Assembly (NCBI GenBank): GCA_965659285.1
Contig: CBFHWB010000004.1
Coordinates: 1 to 59,753 of the forward strand
Source of the DNA: Planctomycetota bacterium
Lineage (GTDB): Bacteria > Planctomycetota > UBA8108
DNA length: 59,753 bases
Direction of reading: 5' to 3'
Part shown: piece after piece, positions 30,456 to 40,586 of the stretch
Layout: each line of letters starts with the position of its first letter
How positions within the stretch are numbered: the stretch's first letter is position 1
Program-made: the position numbers and the translations under genes
The notes under the pieces: model-generated
Told to the model about the DNA's origin: nothing
Database searches by the model: none
Seen by the model: only the letters and a program-made list of their open reading frames with translations

Positions 30456-32122
30456 GGCTCTCTCTCTCTCTGCTTTGCATCTTCTGGCTTGGCGGCTGCG
30501 CTGAGCGTAATTCACCGGCCGGCGAGGGCGGCATTCGTATGCGCTACCTCGATGCCGGCTTAACGGGGCTCGACCTGTCGCTGACCTCGGGCGGCATTCC
30601 CTCCAGGGAGATTCTCGAGGTGAAGGGGTGTGGGTTGGCGCTCATCGATTTTGATTCGGACGGCGATCTCGATGTTTTCGCTCCCAACGGGGCCACCCTC
30701 GAAGCTCCCGAGAAGGGGCCGGGCTGCAGGATGTTCGAGAATCTCGGTGGGCTGAAATTCGTCGATGCGACGGCCCGGCTCGGGCTTGGCCTGAGACGCT
30801 GGAGCTTCGGCGTGGCGGTGGGAGACTACGATGGGGATGGCCATGACGATCTCTTCGTCGCCTGCTACGGGCCCAATGTCCTGCTGCGCAATAAGGCGGG
30901 CGAGGGTTTCGAGGATGTCTCCGGGGAAGCCGGTGTCTCCAATGGGGGCTGGGGAACAGGCTGCGCCTTTGCCGACACCGATGGAGATGGGGATCTCGAT
31001 CTCTATGTTTGCAATTATCTCGCCTTCGACCCGGCGAATCCGCCGCCGCGGGCGACCTTCAAAAAGACCGAGGTTCTTGGCGGTCCTCTCGGGCTCGCGG
31101 CCCAGCATGACATCCTCTACGAGAACCTGGGGACCGGCCGGTTCAGGGATTCAAGTGAGCGCTCCGGCGTCCGTTCGGTGCGGCCCGCCTACGCGTTGAA
31201 TGTCGCCATCCTGGATCTCAACGGAGACTCGCGGCAGGATATCTTCGTCGGCAACGACTCGATGGGAAATTACCTGTTCAGCAACCAGGGCGGCGGACGG
31301 TTCCGCGAGGTGGGAATCGAGAGCGGCGTCTCGGCTAATTCAGATGGCGCCTCCCAGGCGACAATGGGGATCGCGGTGGGCGATGTCGACGGCAACGGCT
31401 TCCCCGATCTCTTCACCACCAACTTTTCAGGCGACACCAACACCCTGCATCTGAATCTTGATGGCTCGTTCTTTGCCGACAGGACGCGTACCTGGGGTCT
31501 TGGCAGGGTCTCGATGACCAGCCTTGGCTGGGCCTGCGATTTCAGCGACCTTGACCAGGACGGGGATGAGGACCTGGTGGTCTTCAACGGGCATGTTTTT
31601 CCGCAGGCTACTCCCGAGAGCATGGACTCGTCCTACCCGCAGCGCCCGCTGCTCTTTGAGCAGGATAAAGGACGCTTCTCGCTTGTAGATAAATCTTCGG
31701 CGGCCGGCTCCTGGATAGATGAGGCTCATCGTGATCGTACCGCCGTTCGCGGCGATCTCGATGGAGATGGGGATCTCGACTTCGTCGTTGGGGGCCTGAA
31801 CGAACCCCTGCGCCTGCTGCGAAATGAACAGGGGAAAGGGAATCGCTGGCTCCTCGTGGAACTGCGGGATGATCGTCCCGGTTCGATGAATCGCCGGGGG
31901 CTTGGAAGCATGGTCGAGCTGCGGCATGGAGGCCGGTCAGCGAGACGCTGGCTGCGAGGCGGCGGACCGTTCCAGTCGGCCAATTCCCATCGGGTTCATT
32001 TCGGGCTGGGCGCGGGGACGGCCGAGGCTCGTCTCGTCATCACCTGGCCCGATGGGGCGGAGCAGGATTGCGGAGCCGTGCCGCTGGACGCGCTCTATAC
32101 CGTTCGCCGGGACAGGGACTGA
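30452..32122 (+). CDS. CRTAC1/ASPIC-UnbV family FG-GAP repeat lipoprotein
   Basis: Lipobox LGGC; repeated DxDxDGxxD motifs; C-terminal NRRGLGS...VHFGLG...ITWPDG. Confidence 0.92.
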   Translation: MRLSLSLLCIFWLGGCAERNSPAGEGGIRMRYLDAGLTGLDLSLTSGGIPSREILEVKGCGLALIDFDSDGDLDVFAPNGATLEAPEKGPGCRMFENLGGLKFVDATARLGLGLRRWSFGVAVGDYDGDGHDDLFVACYGPNVLLRNKAGEGFEDVSGEAGVSNGGWGTGCAFADTDGDGDLDLYVCNYLAFDPANPPPRATFKKTEVLGGPLGLAAQHDILYENLGTGRFRDSSERSGVRSVRPAYALNVAILDLNGDSRQDIFVGNDSMGNYLFSNQGGGRFREVGIESGVSANSDGASQATMGIAVGDVDGNGFPDLFTTNFSGDTNTLHLNLDGSFFADRTRTWGLGRVSMTSLGWACDFSDLDQDGDEDLVVFNGHVFPQATPESMDSSYPQRPLLFEQDKGRFSLVDKSSAAGSWIDEAHRDRTAVRGDLDGDGDLDFVVGGLNEPLRLLRNEQGKGNRWLLVELRDDRPGSMNRRGLGSMVELRHGGRSARRWLRGGGPFQSANSHRVHFGLGAGTAEARLVITWPDGAEQDCGAVPLDALYTVRRDRD

Positions 32123-32232
32123 ATTTCAGCATCGCTTCCCGGTAGAGTTTGAGGGCGATAGAGGGTAAATATATAGTTTGCTCGGGACTATTGTTTTGCC
32201 TGCGAATGGAATTAGTCTGAGGAGTTTCCAGT

Positions 32233-35200
32233 TTGAGTAAAGAAGCCAAGCGCCCGCTGGGCGGATTACTGGTCACGCAGTTCTTCGGGGCGTTTAACGA
32301 CAATGCCTGGAAGCAGCTCGTGCTGCTGCTCGGCATGAACAGCGTCTACATCGCCGGGCAGGGGAACGAAACCGCTAACCTGAACTGGGTCACCTGGAGT
32401 TTTCTCGCCCTGACCTCGGCGCTGTTCGTTTTCACGCTTCCATCCGCCTATATTGCCGACCGCTTCAGCAAGCGCTCGGTGATCATCTCGATGAAGGCCC
32501 TGGAACTGGCGTTGATGGCAACCGGGTTGTTCTTCCTGTGGAAGAGCCCGGAGGACCACATGATGATCTTTATCCTGGTGCTCATCGGCCTCGGCGCCCA
32601 GAGCGCCCTGTTCAGTCCGGCCAAGTACGGCATCGTTCCCCAGTTGGTTTCCCATCGGGGGCTGTCCCACGCCAATGGCCTGCTGGAGCTTTTCACGATC
32701 ACGGCGATCGTAGGAGGTACCCTGGCCATGGGCTCCATGGTGCCCTACCTGGGAGTCTCCAGGGGAGATTGGCTGCTTGATGGGAAGAACATGGTCTGGA
32801 TTGCCGGTGGAGTGATGACGCTTTTTTCGGTGGTGGGATTGTTGACCAGCTTCACTGTTCCCCGCGTCCCCCCCGCCGGATCTCCCGCCGGTATCGGCTC
32901 GATCCTGCGTACCGCCTGGCGGGATATTCGTTCCAAGCGACCACTCTGGCTGGCGATTCTCGGCCTCGCTTTTTACTGGGGGATAGCGAGTTTTCTCGGG
33001 CCGGTGGCTATCGTCAAGGGTGAAGAGCTGGTCAGTGATTTTGAAGGGATCCTGCGCAACAACGGCCTGCTGATGGGATGTTTCGCCATCGGTATCGCGA
33101 TCGGAAGCTACATCACCGGTCGACTCTCCGCCGGGAAGGTCGAGTACGGATTTATTCCACTCGGCGCCCTGGGCATGGCTTTTTTCACCCTGCTGATGGG
33201 ACTCCTGTCTCCGGGTTTCAAGGGTTCGCTCTTCTGCTTCTTTATGGTAGGTGTCAGCAGCGGCTTCATCCTGATCCCGCTCAACGCGCTCCTGCAGTGG
33301 CAGGCATCCAAGGAGCATCGCGGCTCGGTGATCGCCGTCAGCAATCTCTTCACCTTCGCCGGCTGCATCATTGGAAACCTGCTGGGAATCCTGCTGGCCA
33401 ACCTGGGTTCCATCGCCCCGGAATGGATCGTTGGCACCGAGTCCGAGACACTCAAGATCGGTGTCGACGGGCTCTTCATCGGAGCCGGGTTGTTGACCAC
33501 CGCAGCGACGGTGTGGTCCCTGTTCCAGGTTCCGGACGCCTTCATTCGCCTTTTGCTCATTTTCTTCTCCTGTACCTTCTACAGGCTTCGAGTCATCGGA
33601 GGCGCGAACGTGCCTTCTGAGGGCGGCGCTCTGCTGGTTCCAAACCATGTTTCCTTTGTCGATGGCCTCTTCCTGGTTGCCAGCATCGACCGCCCGGTTC
33701 GCTTCATCGTCGAGTCGTCCTATTTTCATCACCCCATCTACGGCCCCTTCCTCAGGGCCTTCAAGGCCATCGAGGTTTCCTCCTCCGGAGGCCCGAGGGT
33801 GATCCTCAAGGCTATGCGGGATGCCGGCCAGCACATCGACGATGGTCACCTCGTCTGTATTTTCGGTGAAGGCCAGATCACCCGCACCGGCCAGATGCAG
33901 CCCTTCAAGCGCGGTCTCGAGCGCATCGTCAAGGGCAGGGATGCTCCCATCATCCCGGTGAACCTCGACGGAGTCTGGGGCAGCATCTTCAGCCGTTCCG
34001 GCGGCCGCTTCCTGACCAAGATTCCCAAGAAGATTCCCTACCCGGTGACGATCAGCTTCGGAGAGCCGATGGAGCCGGGTACATCGGTGACCGCGGTTCG
34101 CAAGGCCGTCCAGGATCTCGGCAGCGATGCCTGGAATACGCATCGCGGGGGAGTGAAGCCGCTCCATCATAATTTTATTCGCGGCTGCCGGCCGCTTGTG
34201 CGGATTTTCTCCTGGCTGGGCCTGGCCCTCGGGTCTTTTACCGGCCTGTATAATTACGACTGGACACTGGGCATGGGCCTGGTGTGGCTGCTGCTCAGTC
34301 CGTTCATTGGACTCGGTGTAGGAGTCCTGCTGGCTCATCTCTTCGGCCGTCCGTTCAAGCTGGCCTTTGCCGATGTGATGACCGCGCGCGTAGGCCGCCT
34401 CAAGGGTCTCATCGGCTCGGTCACCCTCGCGCTGCGTCTGCGCCGGGAGTGGAGGGAGCAGGAGCACGTCGGCATCATGCTGCCTCCATCGGTGGCTTCC
34501 ACCCTGATCAACATCGGCGCGGCAATGTCCGGCAAGACAAGCGTCAACCTGAACTACACGGCGGGAAAAGATGGGCTTGAATCGGCGATTCGCCAGGCCG
34601 GCCTGAAAACCGTGGTGACCAGCCGGGTGTTCCTGAAGAAGGCCGAAGTGGAGCTGCCTGACAATATCCAGCCGATCTGGGCTGATGACTTTCGTAAAAC
34701 GATAGGCCTTGGCTGCAAGCTCCAGGCGATGCTGCTGGCGCTCTTTGCCCCGGTCCGGATCATCGAGCGAACCTGCTCAGGGGGGAAGAAGGTGTCGGTA
34801 GACGATATCGTCACCGTGATTTTTTCGAGCGGCTCTACCGGCGAACCCAAGGGTGTGCTCCTGAGTCATTTCAACGTGGCCTCGAACCTGGAGGGGGTTT
34901 CGCAGATCGTCCGTCCCCGGGATGAGGACAGGCTGCTCGGGATCCTGCCGCACTTTCATTCCTTCGGCTACATGATCCTCTGGTTCTCCGCCAATGAATC
35001 CATCGGCTGTGTCTCTCTTCCCAACCCGGTGGATGCGGAACTCATCGGACAGAAGGTGCAGCAGTACAGGATCAGCATGCTCCTGTCGACGCCCACCTTC
35101 CTGCAGCTCTATCTGAGACGCTGCACCGCCGCCCAGTTCGGCTCGCTGCGTTTCGTGATCACCGGCGCTGAAAAGCTCACCGACCGGGTGGCGAATGCCT

Positions 35201-35907
35201 TCGAGGACCAGTTCGGGATCCGCCCGCTGGAAGGCTACGGGACCACTGAGTGCGCCCCCGTGGTGGCGGTCAATACGCTTGATTTCCGCTCCGCCGGCTT
35301 CTATCAGCCCGGCTCCCGGCAGGGCACCGTGGGGCAGCCCCTCCCAGGGGTGGCCGTCAAGGTGGTGGATCCCGATGATTTCGACACGGAACTGGAGATC
35401 GGCCAGCCGGGCATGCTGCTGGTCAGCGGCCCGAATATCATGCAGGGCTACCTCGGCAGGGAAGATCTCACCAGCAAGGCCCTTCGCGATGGCTGGTACG
35501 TCACCGGGGATATCGCGGCTGTCGATGAGGAGGGCTTTATTCGAATCACCGACCGGCTGGCGAGGTTCTCCAAGATCGGCGGTGAGATGGTTCCCCATGG
35601 GAAGGTCGAGGACTCGCTCCAGGAGGCATCGGGAGAGGCGATGCAGGTTTTCGCCGTGACCTGTATTCCGGACGAGAAGAAAGGGGAACGCCTCGCCGTA
35701 CTGCATACATTGCAGGAGGATCAGATTCCCGGAATTGTTGATCAACTCAGTGACATGGGGCTTCCCAATCTCTTTATTCCGAGGGCCAACCAGTTCGTCC
35801 AGGTTAAAGAGCTGCCCCTGCTGGGTACAGGCAAGCTCGACCTGCGCGGCATCAAGAAGATCGCGATGGAAGCTTTCGGGGTTGAACCGGAGCAGGAGGG
35901 GGAGTGA
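32233..35907 (+). CDS. aas: Aas-type fusion: MFS (LplT-like), acyltransferase and acyl-ACP synthetase
   Basis: TQFFGAFNDN (MFS); NHVSFVD and FGEG (PlsC); FSSGSTGEPKGV, EGYGTTE, TGD and GTGK (AMP-binding). Confidence 0.9.
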   Translation: MSKEAKRPLGGLLVTQFFGAFNDNAWKQLVLLLGMNSVYIAGQGNETANLNWVTWSFLALTSALFVFTLPSAYIADRFSKRSVIISMKALELALMATGLFFLWKSPEDHMMIFILVLIGLGAQSALFSPAKYGIVPQLVSHRGLSHANGLLELFTITAIVGGTLAMGSMVPYLGVSRGDWLLDGKNMVWIAGGVMTLFSVVGLLTSFTVPRVPPAGSPAGIGSILRTAWRDIRSKRPLWLAILGLAFYWGIASFLGPVAIVKGEELVSDFEGILRNNGLLMGCFAIGIAIGSYITGRLSAGKVEYGFIPLGALGMAFFTLLMGLLSPGFKGSLFCFFMVGVSSGFILIPLNALLQWQASKEHRGSVIAVSNLFTFAGCIIGNLLGILLANLGSIAPEWIVGTESETLKIGVDGLFIGAGLLTTAATVWSLFQVPDAFIRLLLIFFSCTFYRLRVIGGANVPSEGGALLVPNHVSFVDGLFLVASIDRPVRFIVESSYFHHPIYGPFLRAFKAIEVSSSGGPRVILKAMRDAGQHIDDGHLVCIFGEGQITRTGQMQPFKRGLERIVKGRDAPIIPVNLDGVWGSIFSRSGGRFLTKIPKKIPYPVTISFGEPMEPGTSVTAVRKAVQDLGSDAWNTHRGGVKPLHHNFIRGCRPLVRIFSWLGLALGSFTGLYNYDWTLGMGLVWLLLSPFIGLGVGVLLAHLFGRPFKLAFADVMTARVGRLKGLIGSVTLALRLRREWREQEHVGIMLPPSVASTLINIGAAMSGKTSVNLNYTAGKDGLESAIRQAGLKTVVTSRVFLKKAEVELPDNIQPIWADDFRKTIGLGCKLQAMLLALFAPVRIIERTCSGGKKVSVDDIVTVIFSSGSTGEPKGVLLSHFNVASNLEGVSQIVRPRDEDRLLGILPHFHSFGYMILWFSANESIGCVSLPNPVDAELIGQKVQQYRISMLLSTPTFLQLYLRRCTAAQFGSLRFVITGAEKLTDRVANAFEDQFGIRPLEGYGTTECAPVVAVNTLDFRSAGFYQPGSRQGTVGQPLPGVAVKVVDPDDFDTELEIGQPGMLLVSGPNIMQGYLGREDLTSKALRDGWYVTGDIAAVDEEGFIRITDRLARFSKIGGEMVPHGKVEDSLQEASGEAMQVFAVTCIPDEKKGERLAVLHTLQEDQIPGIVDQLSDMGLPNLFIPRANQFVQVKELPLLGTGKLDLRGIKKIAMEAFGVEPEQEGE

Positions 35908-36578
35908 GCGGGAAGGACTCTAACCCAGGCGGGCTTCCGGGGTCGGACGGCGAGCATGAGCTCCAGGAACGCCATGGCACAAGCAAGCGGGCCTGCGGCT
36001 TTTACTCAAAGCAGATGCTCGATCATCTCAATGAGGAGATGCGGGTTTTCATTGCTCGCCAGGAGATGGTCTTCGTGTCCACGGCCGATTCGAATGGGGA
36101 GTGTGATGGTTCGCTGAGGTGTGGTGAGCCCGGCTTCGTTCGCGTTCTTGACGACCATCGTCTTGTTTATCCCGAGTACAGGGGTAATGGTGTCATGGCG
36201 AGCCTGGGGAATATTTCCATGAACGGACATATCGGTATGTTTTTCGCCGATTTTTTCGTCAGCACGGTGGGACTGCACATCAACGGCAAGGCCTCGATCA
36301 TCGAGAACGAAGAGCTCCTCGCGCGGCCGGGGCTGCCCGATGTACTCCTGGGCGATCTGGAGGTTCCAGGAGGACGCGCTCCTGAGCGCTGGGTAGAGGT
36401 AGAGGTGGAGGAGGCCTACATCCACTGCTCCAAGCACATTCCTCTTCTGAAGAAGCTCGATAAGGAGGTGGATTGGGGTACAGATGACGAGGTTAAAAAG
36501 GGGGGGGACTTTTTCGAGGCCAAGAAGACCCCCAGCCCCTGGAAGAGTCGTCCCGCTTCCGATGACGATGCTGGATAG
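35904..36578 (+). CDS. Pyridoxamine 5'-phosphate oxidase-like FMN-binding protein
   Basis: PEYRGNGVMASLGNI, EEAYIHCSKHIP. Confidence 0.85.
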   Translation: MSGKDSNPGGLPGSDGEHELQERHGTSKRACGFYSKQMLDHLNEEMRVFIARQEMVFVSTADSNGECDGSLRCGEPGFVRVLDDHRLVYPEYRGNGVMASLGNISMNGHIGMFFADFFVSTVGLHINGKASIIENEELLARPGLPDVLLGDLEVPGGRAPERWVEVEVEEAYIHCSKHIPLLKKLDKEVDWGTDDEVKKGGDFFEAKKTPSPWKSRPASDDDAG

Positions 36579-36606
36579 GTATGGCCCCTGGTGGGAAGAA
36601 AACAGT

Positions 36607-37416
36607 ATGAGAAATTTCCGTTACCTGGTCCCGGCGTTGATCGTCTGCTCGCCCGTCGCGGCGCTGGTGGCCCAGGGTGTACCGCGGGCTCTGCCGGCGG
36701 CCCATGCCCACAATGACTATCTCCACAAAAGGCCTCTCCTGGATGCCCTGGCCCAGGGTTTCTGCAGCGTGGAGGCGGATATCTTTCTTGTTGATGGAGC
36801 GCTGCTCGTGGCCCACGAGCGGGCGAGCCTCGATCAGCGCAAAACCCTGAAGGCTCTCTATCTCGATCCGTTGCTGGAGAGAACGAGGAAAAACTCGGGA
36901 CGGGTACACAAGGGCGGCCCGGTCTTTACCCTCCTCATCGACATCAAGGATGATGCCCGGAAGACCTATACGGCTCTTCACTCCCTGCTCGGGAAGTACT
37001 CCAGCATTCTCTGTGAGGTTCGGGCGGGAAAATACCAGGCTCGTGCGGTGAAGGTGGTGATCAGCGGAAATCGTCCAAGGGATTTGATGAAGGGCCAGGA
37101 GCTTCGTTTTGCCGGTGTCGACGGACGAATGGGCGATCTCGAGTCAAGCGAGCCCGCCCATCTGCTGCCGATGATCAGCGACAGGTGGTCACGGGTTTTC
37201 AGATGGCGCGGCAAGGGGGCCATCCCGGCGGCCGAGTCCGCCCGGCTTCAGGGAATTGTCAGGAAGGCGCATGCGGCCGGTCGCGTTGTCCGCTTCTGGG
37301 CGACTCCTGAGGATCCGGTTGTCTGGAAGGTGCTTGTGGAGGCGGGAGTCGACCTGGTGAATACCGATGATCTTCCAGGATTACGGAAATTCCTGCTGGA
37401 GCGGAAGGGATCCTAG
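36607..37416 (+). CDS. Secreted PLC/GDPD-like phosphodiesterase (AIM6-like)
   Basis: Signal peptide; AHAHNDY, SVEADI, LVAH, LLIDIK, RFWATP, NTDDL. Confidence 0.8.
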   Translation: MRNFRYLVPALIVCSPVAALVAQGVPRALPAAHAHNDYLHKRPLLDALAQGFCSVEADIFLVDGALLVAHERASLDQRKTLKALYLDPLLERTRKNSGRVHKGGPVFTLLIDIKDDARKTYTALHSLLGKYSSILCEVRAGKYQARAVKVVISGNRPRDLMKGQELRFAGVDGRMGDLESSEPAHLLPMISDRWSRVFRWRGKGAIPAAESARLQGIVRKAHAAGRVVRFWATPEDPVVWKVLVEAGVDLVNTDDLPGLRKFLLERKGS

Positions 37417-37476
37417 ACGTACCATCCTGCCCGGCTGCTGTAAAAATACTGACCTTACCTGGAGGCTCTGAAAAGA

Positions 37477-38577
37477 ATGGCCGTTCTTGATCTGAAACCC
37501 GCATCCGAGTGCCGCTGGGATGCGGCAGCCCTCGGTGAAATCATGATTCGTTTCGATCCCGGGGATGAGAGGGTACATACCACGAGGCACTTTCGGGCCT
37601 GGGAAGGCGGCGGAGAATACAATGTCGTCCGCGGGCTCAGGCGTTGCTTTGGGCTGCGCAGTTGCGTCGTTACCGCGGCTGTCGACAACGCCGTGGGCCG
37701 GTTGCTCGAGGATCTCATTCTCCAGGGAGGCGTTGACACCCGGCATCTCAGGTGGGTTCCCTTCGATGGTCTTGGACGCGAGGCTCGAAATGGCCTGAAT
37801 TTTACGGAGAAAGGATTCGGCGCCCGTGGAGCTACCGGCTGCGGCGACCGCGGGCACACAGCCGTCAGCCAGCTTAAGCCAGGTGATATCGACTGGAAGG
37901 CTCTCTTCGTTGATGAGGGAGTCAGGTGGTTCCACTGTGGCGGGATCTTTGCCGCCCTGGGTGAGAGAACCCCCGAGGTCGCGATCGAGGCCATGGAGTG
38001 CGCCAGGGAGAACGGAACCATCATCAGCTATGACCTTAACTACAGGCCAAGCCTCTGGAAGAGTTTTGGCGGCACAGAGCGCGCCATGGAGGTCAACCGT
38101 CGTATCGCTGAGCTGGTAGATGTGATGATCGGCAATGAAGAGGATTTCACCGCGGCCCTGGGATTCGAAGTCGAGGGAGTCGATGAGAACCTCTCGAAGC
38201 TCGACCCGGCCAATTTTCAGAATATGATCGAAAAGGTGGTGGCCGAGTTCCCTAACTTCAAGGTCGTCGCCACGACTCTTCGCGGCGTCAAGACGGCCGG
38301 CATCAACGATTGGGGTGCCGTTATCTGGGCCGATGGAGAGTTCCATGAGGCCACGCTCAGGCCCGACCTCGAGATCTACGACCGGGTGGGAGGAGGAGAC
38401 TCCTTCGCTTCGGGTGTTGCCTACGGCTTCCTTGCCGGTAAGACGGCAGCCGAGGCGGTCGAATACGGCGCCGCGCACGGAGCGCTGGCCATGACGACTC
38501 CTGGAGATACGACCATGGCGAGCCTGGCCGAGGTGGAGAAGCTTGTTGGCGGTGGAAGTGCCAGGGTCGATCGATGA
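37477..38577 (+). CDS. kdgK: PfkB sugar kinase, 2-keto-3-deoxygluconate kinase-like
   Basis: GEIMIR, GGGEYN, YDLNYRPSLW, GNEED, DRVGGGDSF. Confidence 0.85.
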   Translation: MAVLDLKPASECRWDAAALGEIMIRFDPGDERVHTTRHFRAWEGGGEYNVVRGLRRCFGLRSCVVTAAVDNAVGRLLEDLILQGGVDTRHLRWVPFDGLGREARNGLNFTEKGFGARGATGCGDRGHTAVSQLKPGDIDWKALFVDEGVRWFHCGGIFAALGERTPEVAIEAMECARENGTIISYDLNYRPSLWKSFGGTERAMEVNRRIAELVDVMIGNEEDFTAALGFEVEGVDENLSKLDPANFQNMIEKVVAEFPNFKVVATTLRGVKTAGINDWGAVIWADGEFHEATLRPDLEIYDRVGGGDSFASGVAYGFLAGKTAAEAVEYGAAHGALAMTTPGDTTMASLAEVEKLVGGGSARVDR

Positions 38578-39575
38578 TGAGCCGTTGGCATCGAGCCCCG
38601 ATGGCGGCTGCGGTTTTTCTCTTCACGCTGGGGACCGGATTCCTGTCGGCGGAGGAAGAGGCTGGGGGGTTCAAGCTGCATCCCGGCACAGTGGTTCGTT
38701 TCAGCTCGGTTGAGCAGGGGCGCAAAATTCTCGGCAGCCGGGATGAATTTCTCGCGGCCCTCAGTCCGTTTGATCGCTCGGCGCGGCTGAAGACCGCCGG
38801 CGCCGTTAACGAGGAGCGCTTCATCAAGTTCATCACGGGCGAGGTGTTACCCTGGAGCGAGGAGGAGACCGCGACGATCACGCGTAGCCTCCAGGCGGTA
38901 AGCGAAAAGCTGGCGGGGTTCAAGCTGGGCTTTCCCCCGGAGATCCACCTGGTTAAGACGACCGGGAAGGAGGAGGGAGGAGCAGCCTATTGTCGCGCCG
39001 CCGCCGTCGTTCTTCCCAGAAGGATCGCATCGCGCAAGGAGAAGGGTCTGACGCGTCTTTTGCTTCATGAGCTCTTTCATATCCTGAGCAGGAACCAGCC
39101 GGAGTTGCGTGACAGGCTCTATCGAATCGTCGGTTTTTCACCTTGCGGAGATGTCAGGCTCCCCGGGGAGCTCGAGTCCCGGCGGCTGACCAACCCGGAC
39201 GCGGTAGGTTCGCGTTATCGTATCGAGGTCAGCATCGATGGAAAGCCGCTTTCGCTCGTGCCCGTGCTCTATTCATCCTCGGAGAAATACGATGAGGAAA
39301 AGGGCGGGGAATTTTTCCGTTACCTCGTTTTCCGGTTGATGGAGGTCAGGAAGGAGTCCGGGAAGTGGGTGCCGACACTGGTTGAGGGGAAGCCTCGTCT
39401 CTTCGACCCCGCGGGCGTAGAAGACTTTCACCGCAAGATCGGTAAGAATACGGGATACATCATTCACCCCGAGGAGGTGCTGGCTGATAATTTCGTCCTG
39501 CTGGCCATGGGAAAAAAGAAGGTTTCCACTCCCCGGATTCTTGAAGAAATGGCCAGGCTGCTGAAGAGCCCCTGA
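38574..39575 (+). CDS. Secreted hypothetical protein with HExxH zincin motif
   Basis: Signal peptide; HELFHILSR, TNPDA, NTGYIIHPEEVLADNF. Confidence 0.65.
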   Translation: MMSRWHRAPMAAAVFLFTLGTGFLSAEEEAGGFKLHPGTVVRFSSVEQGRKILGSRDEFLAALSPFDRSARLKTAGAVNEERFIKFITGEVLPWSEEETATITRSLQAVSEKLAGFKLGFPPEIHLVKTTGKEEGGAAYCRAAAVVLPRRIASRKEKGLTRLLLHELFHILSRNQPELRDRLYRIVGFSPCGDVRLPGELESRRLTNPDAVGSRYRIEVSIDGKPLSLVPVLYSSSEKYDEEKGGEFFRYLVFRLMEVRKESGKWVPTLVEGKPRLFDPAGVEDFHRKIGKNTGYIIHPEEVLADNFVLLAMGKKKVSTPRILEEMARLLKSP

Positions 39576-39622
39576 GACCAGGGCGCTTTCGGGAGCCGGC
39601 GGCTAAACCAGGAGACGGTCAA

Positions 39623-40561
39623 ATGAGTTCATCTGAAGGGACCGGCAAGGAAACGCCGGCTGTTGCGGGAAAAGAGTTACCGAGTCGCAGGTCCATGCTG
39701 AGGAACGGCGCCTTTGCCGGTGTCGCCGCCGTCGGGGGGCTTCTCTCCAGCCAGCAGGCCGAAGGTGCCGAGGATGAGTTCTACCGTGCGAACAAGGGCA
39801 GGATCAACCAGTCGGTGGTCTCCTGGTGCTTCAATCCCATGAAGGTCGAGGCTCTTGCCCGGGCCGCGGTGAAGATGGGGATCAAGTCGGTTGAGCTTGT
39901 CGCTCCGAAGCACTGGCCGATGTTGAAGAAGCTCGGGCTGACCTGCGCCATCACGCCAACTCACGGGTTTCGTACGGGCTTTGCCCACAAGGAGGAGCAG
40001 GCGGCCTGCATCGATAACCTTCGCAAGCGGATCGATGAGACAGCCGAGGCCGGTTTCACCAGCGTGATCACCTTTTCCGGCTTCCGCAAGGGACTCAGCG
40101 ATGAGGACGCCATCAACAACATGGTCTCCGGTTTCAAGAAGATCGTCGGACACGCTGAGAAAAAGAAGGTGGATATTTGTCTCGAGATGCTCAATTCGCG
40201 TGTCGATGTGAAGATGAAGGGGCATCCGGGCTATATGTGCGACAAGATCGAATACGCTCTCGATGTGTGCAAGCGCGTAGGCTCTCCCCGGATGAAGATG
40301 CTCTTTGACATCTACCATGTCCAGATCATGGAGGGGGATGTCATCGTCCGCCTGCGCGAGTGCAAGGACTACATCGGACACTATCACACCGCCGGCGTTC
40401 CCGGCCGCGCCGAGCTGGATAACCGGCAGGAGCTCAACTATCCGGGCATCATGAAGGCGATTGCCGAGACCGGCTATACCGGCTATGTCGGGCAGGAGTT
40501 CATTCCTACCCGCGATCCACTCAAGTCTCTCAATGAGGCCGTCAGGCTCTGTGACGTCTGA
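39623..40561 (+). CDS. Hydroxypyruvate isomerase-like TIM-barrel protein with Tat signal
   Basis: SRRSML twin-arginine motif; LEMLNS, FDIYHVQIMEGD, HYHTAGVPGR, GQEF. Confidence 0.88.
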   Translation: MSSSEGTGKETPAVAGKELPSRRSMLRNGAFAGVAAVGGLLSSQQAEGAEDEFYRANKGRINQSVVSWCFNPMKVEALARAAVKMGIKSVELVAPKHWPMLKKLGLTCAITPTHGFRTGFAHKEEQAACIDNLRKRIDETAEAGFTSVITFSGFRKGLSDEDAINNMVSGFKKIVGHAEKKKVDICLEMLNSRVDVKMKGHPGYMCDKIEYALDVCKRVGSPRMKMLFDIYHVQIMEGDVIVRLRECKDYIGHYHTAGVPGRAELDNRQELNYPGIMKAIAETGYTGYVGQEFIPTRDPLKSLNEAVRLCDV

Positions 40562-40586
40562 GAGGGTCTTGCCGGTTTTTCGGCTT

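Noticed and set aside
32164-32180. NrdR-box-like AATATATAGT upstream of aas
   Set aside because: Only a partial single match, with no ribonucleotide reductase gene nearby.
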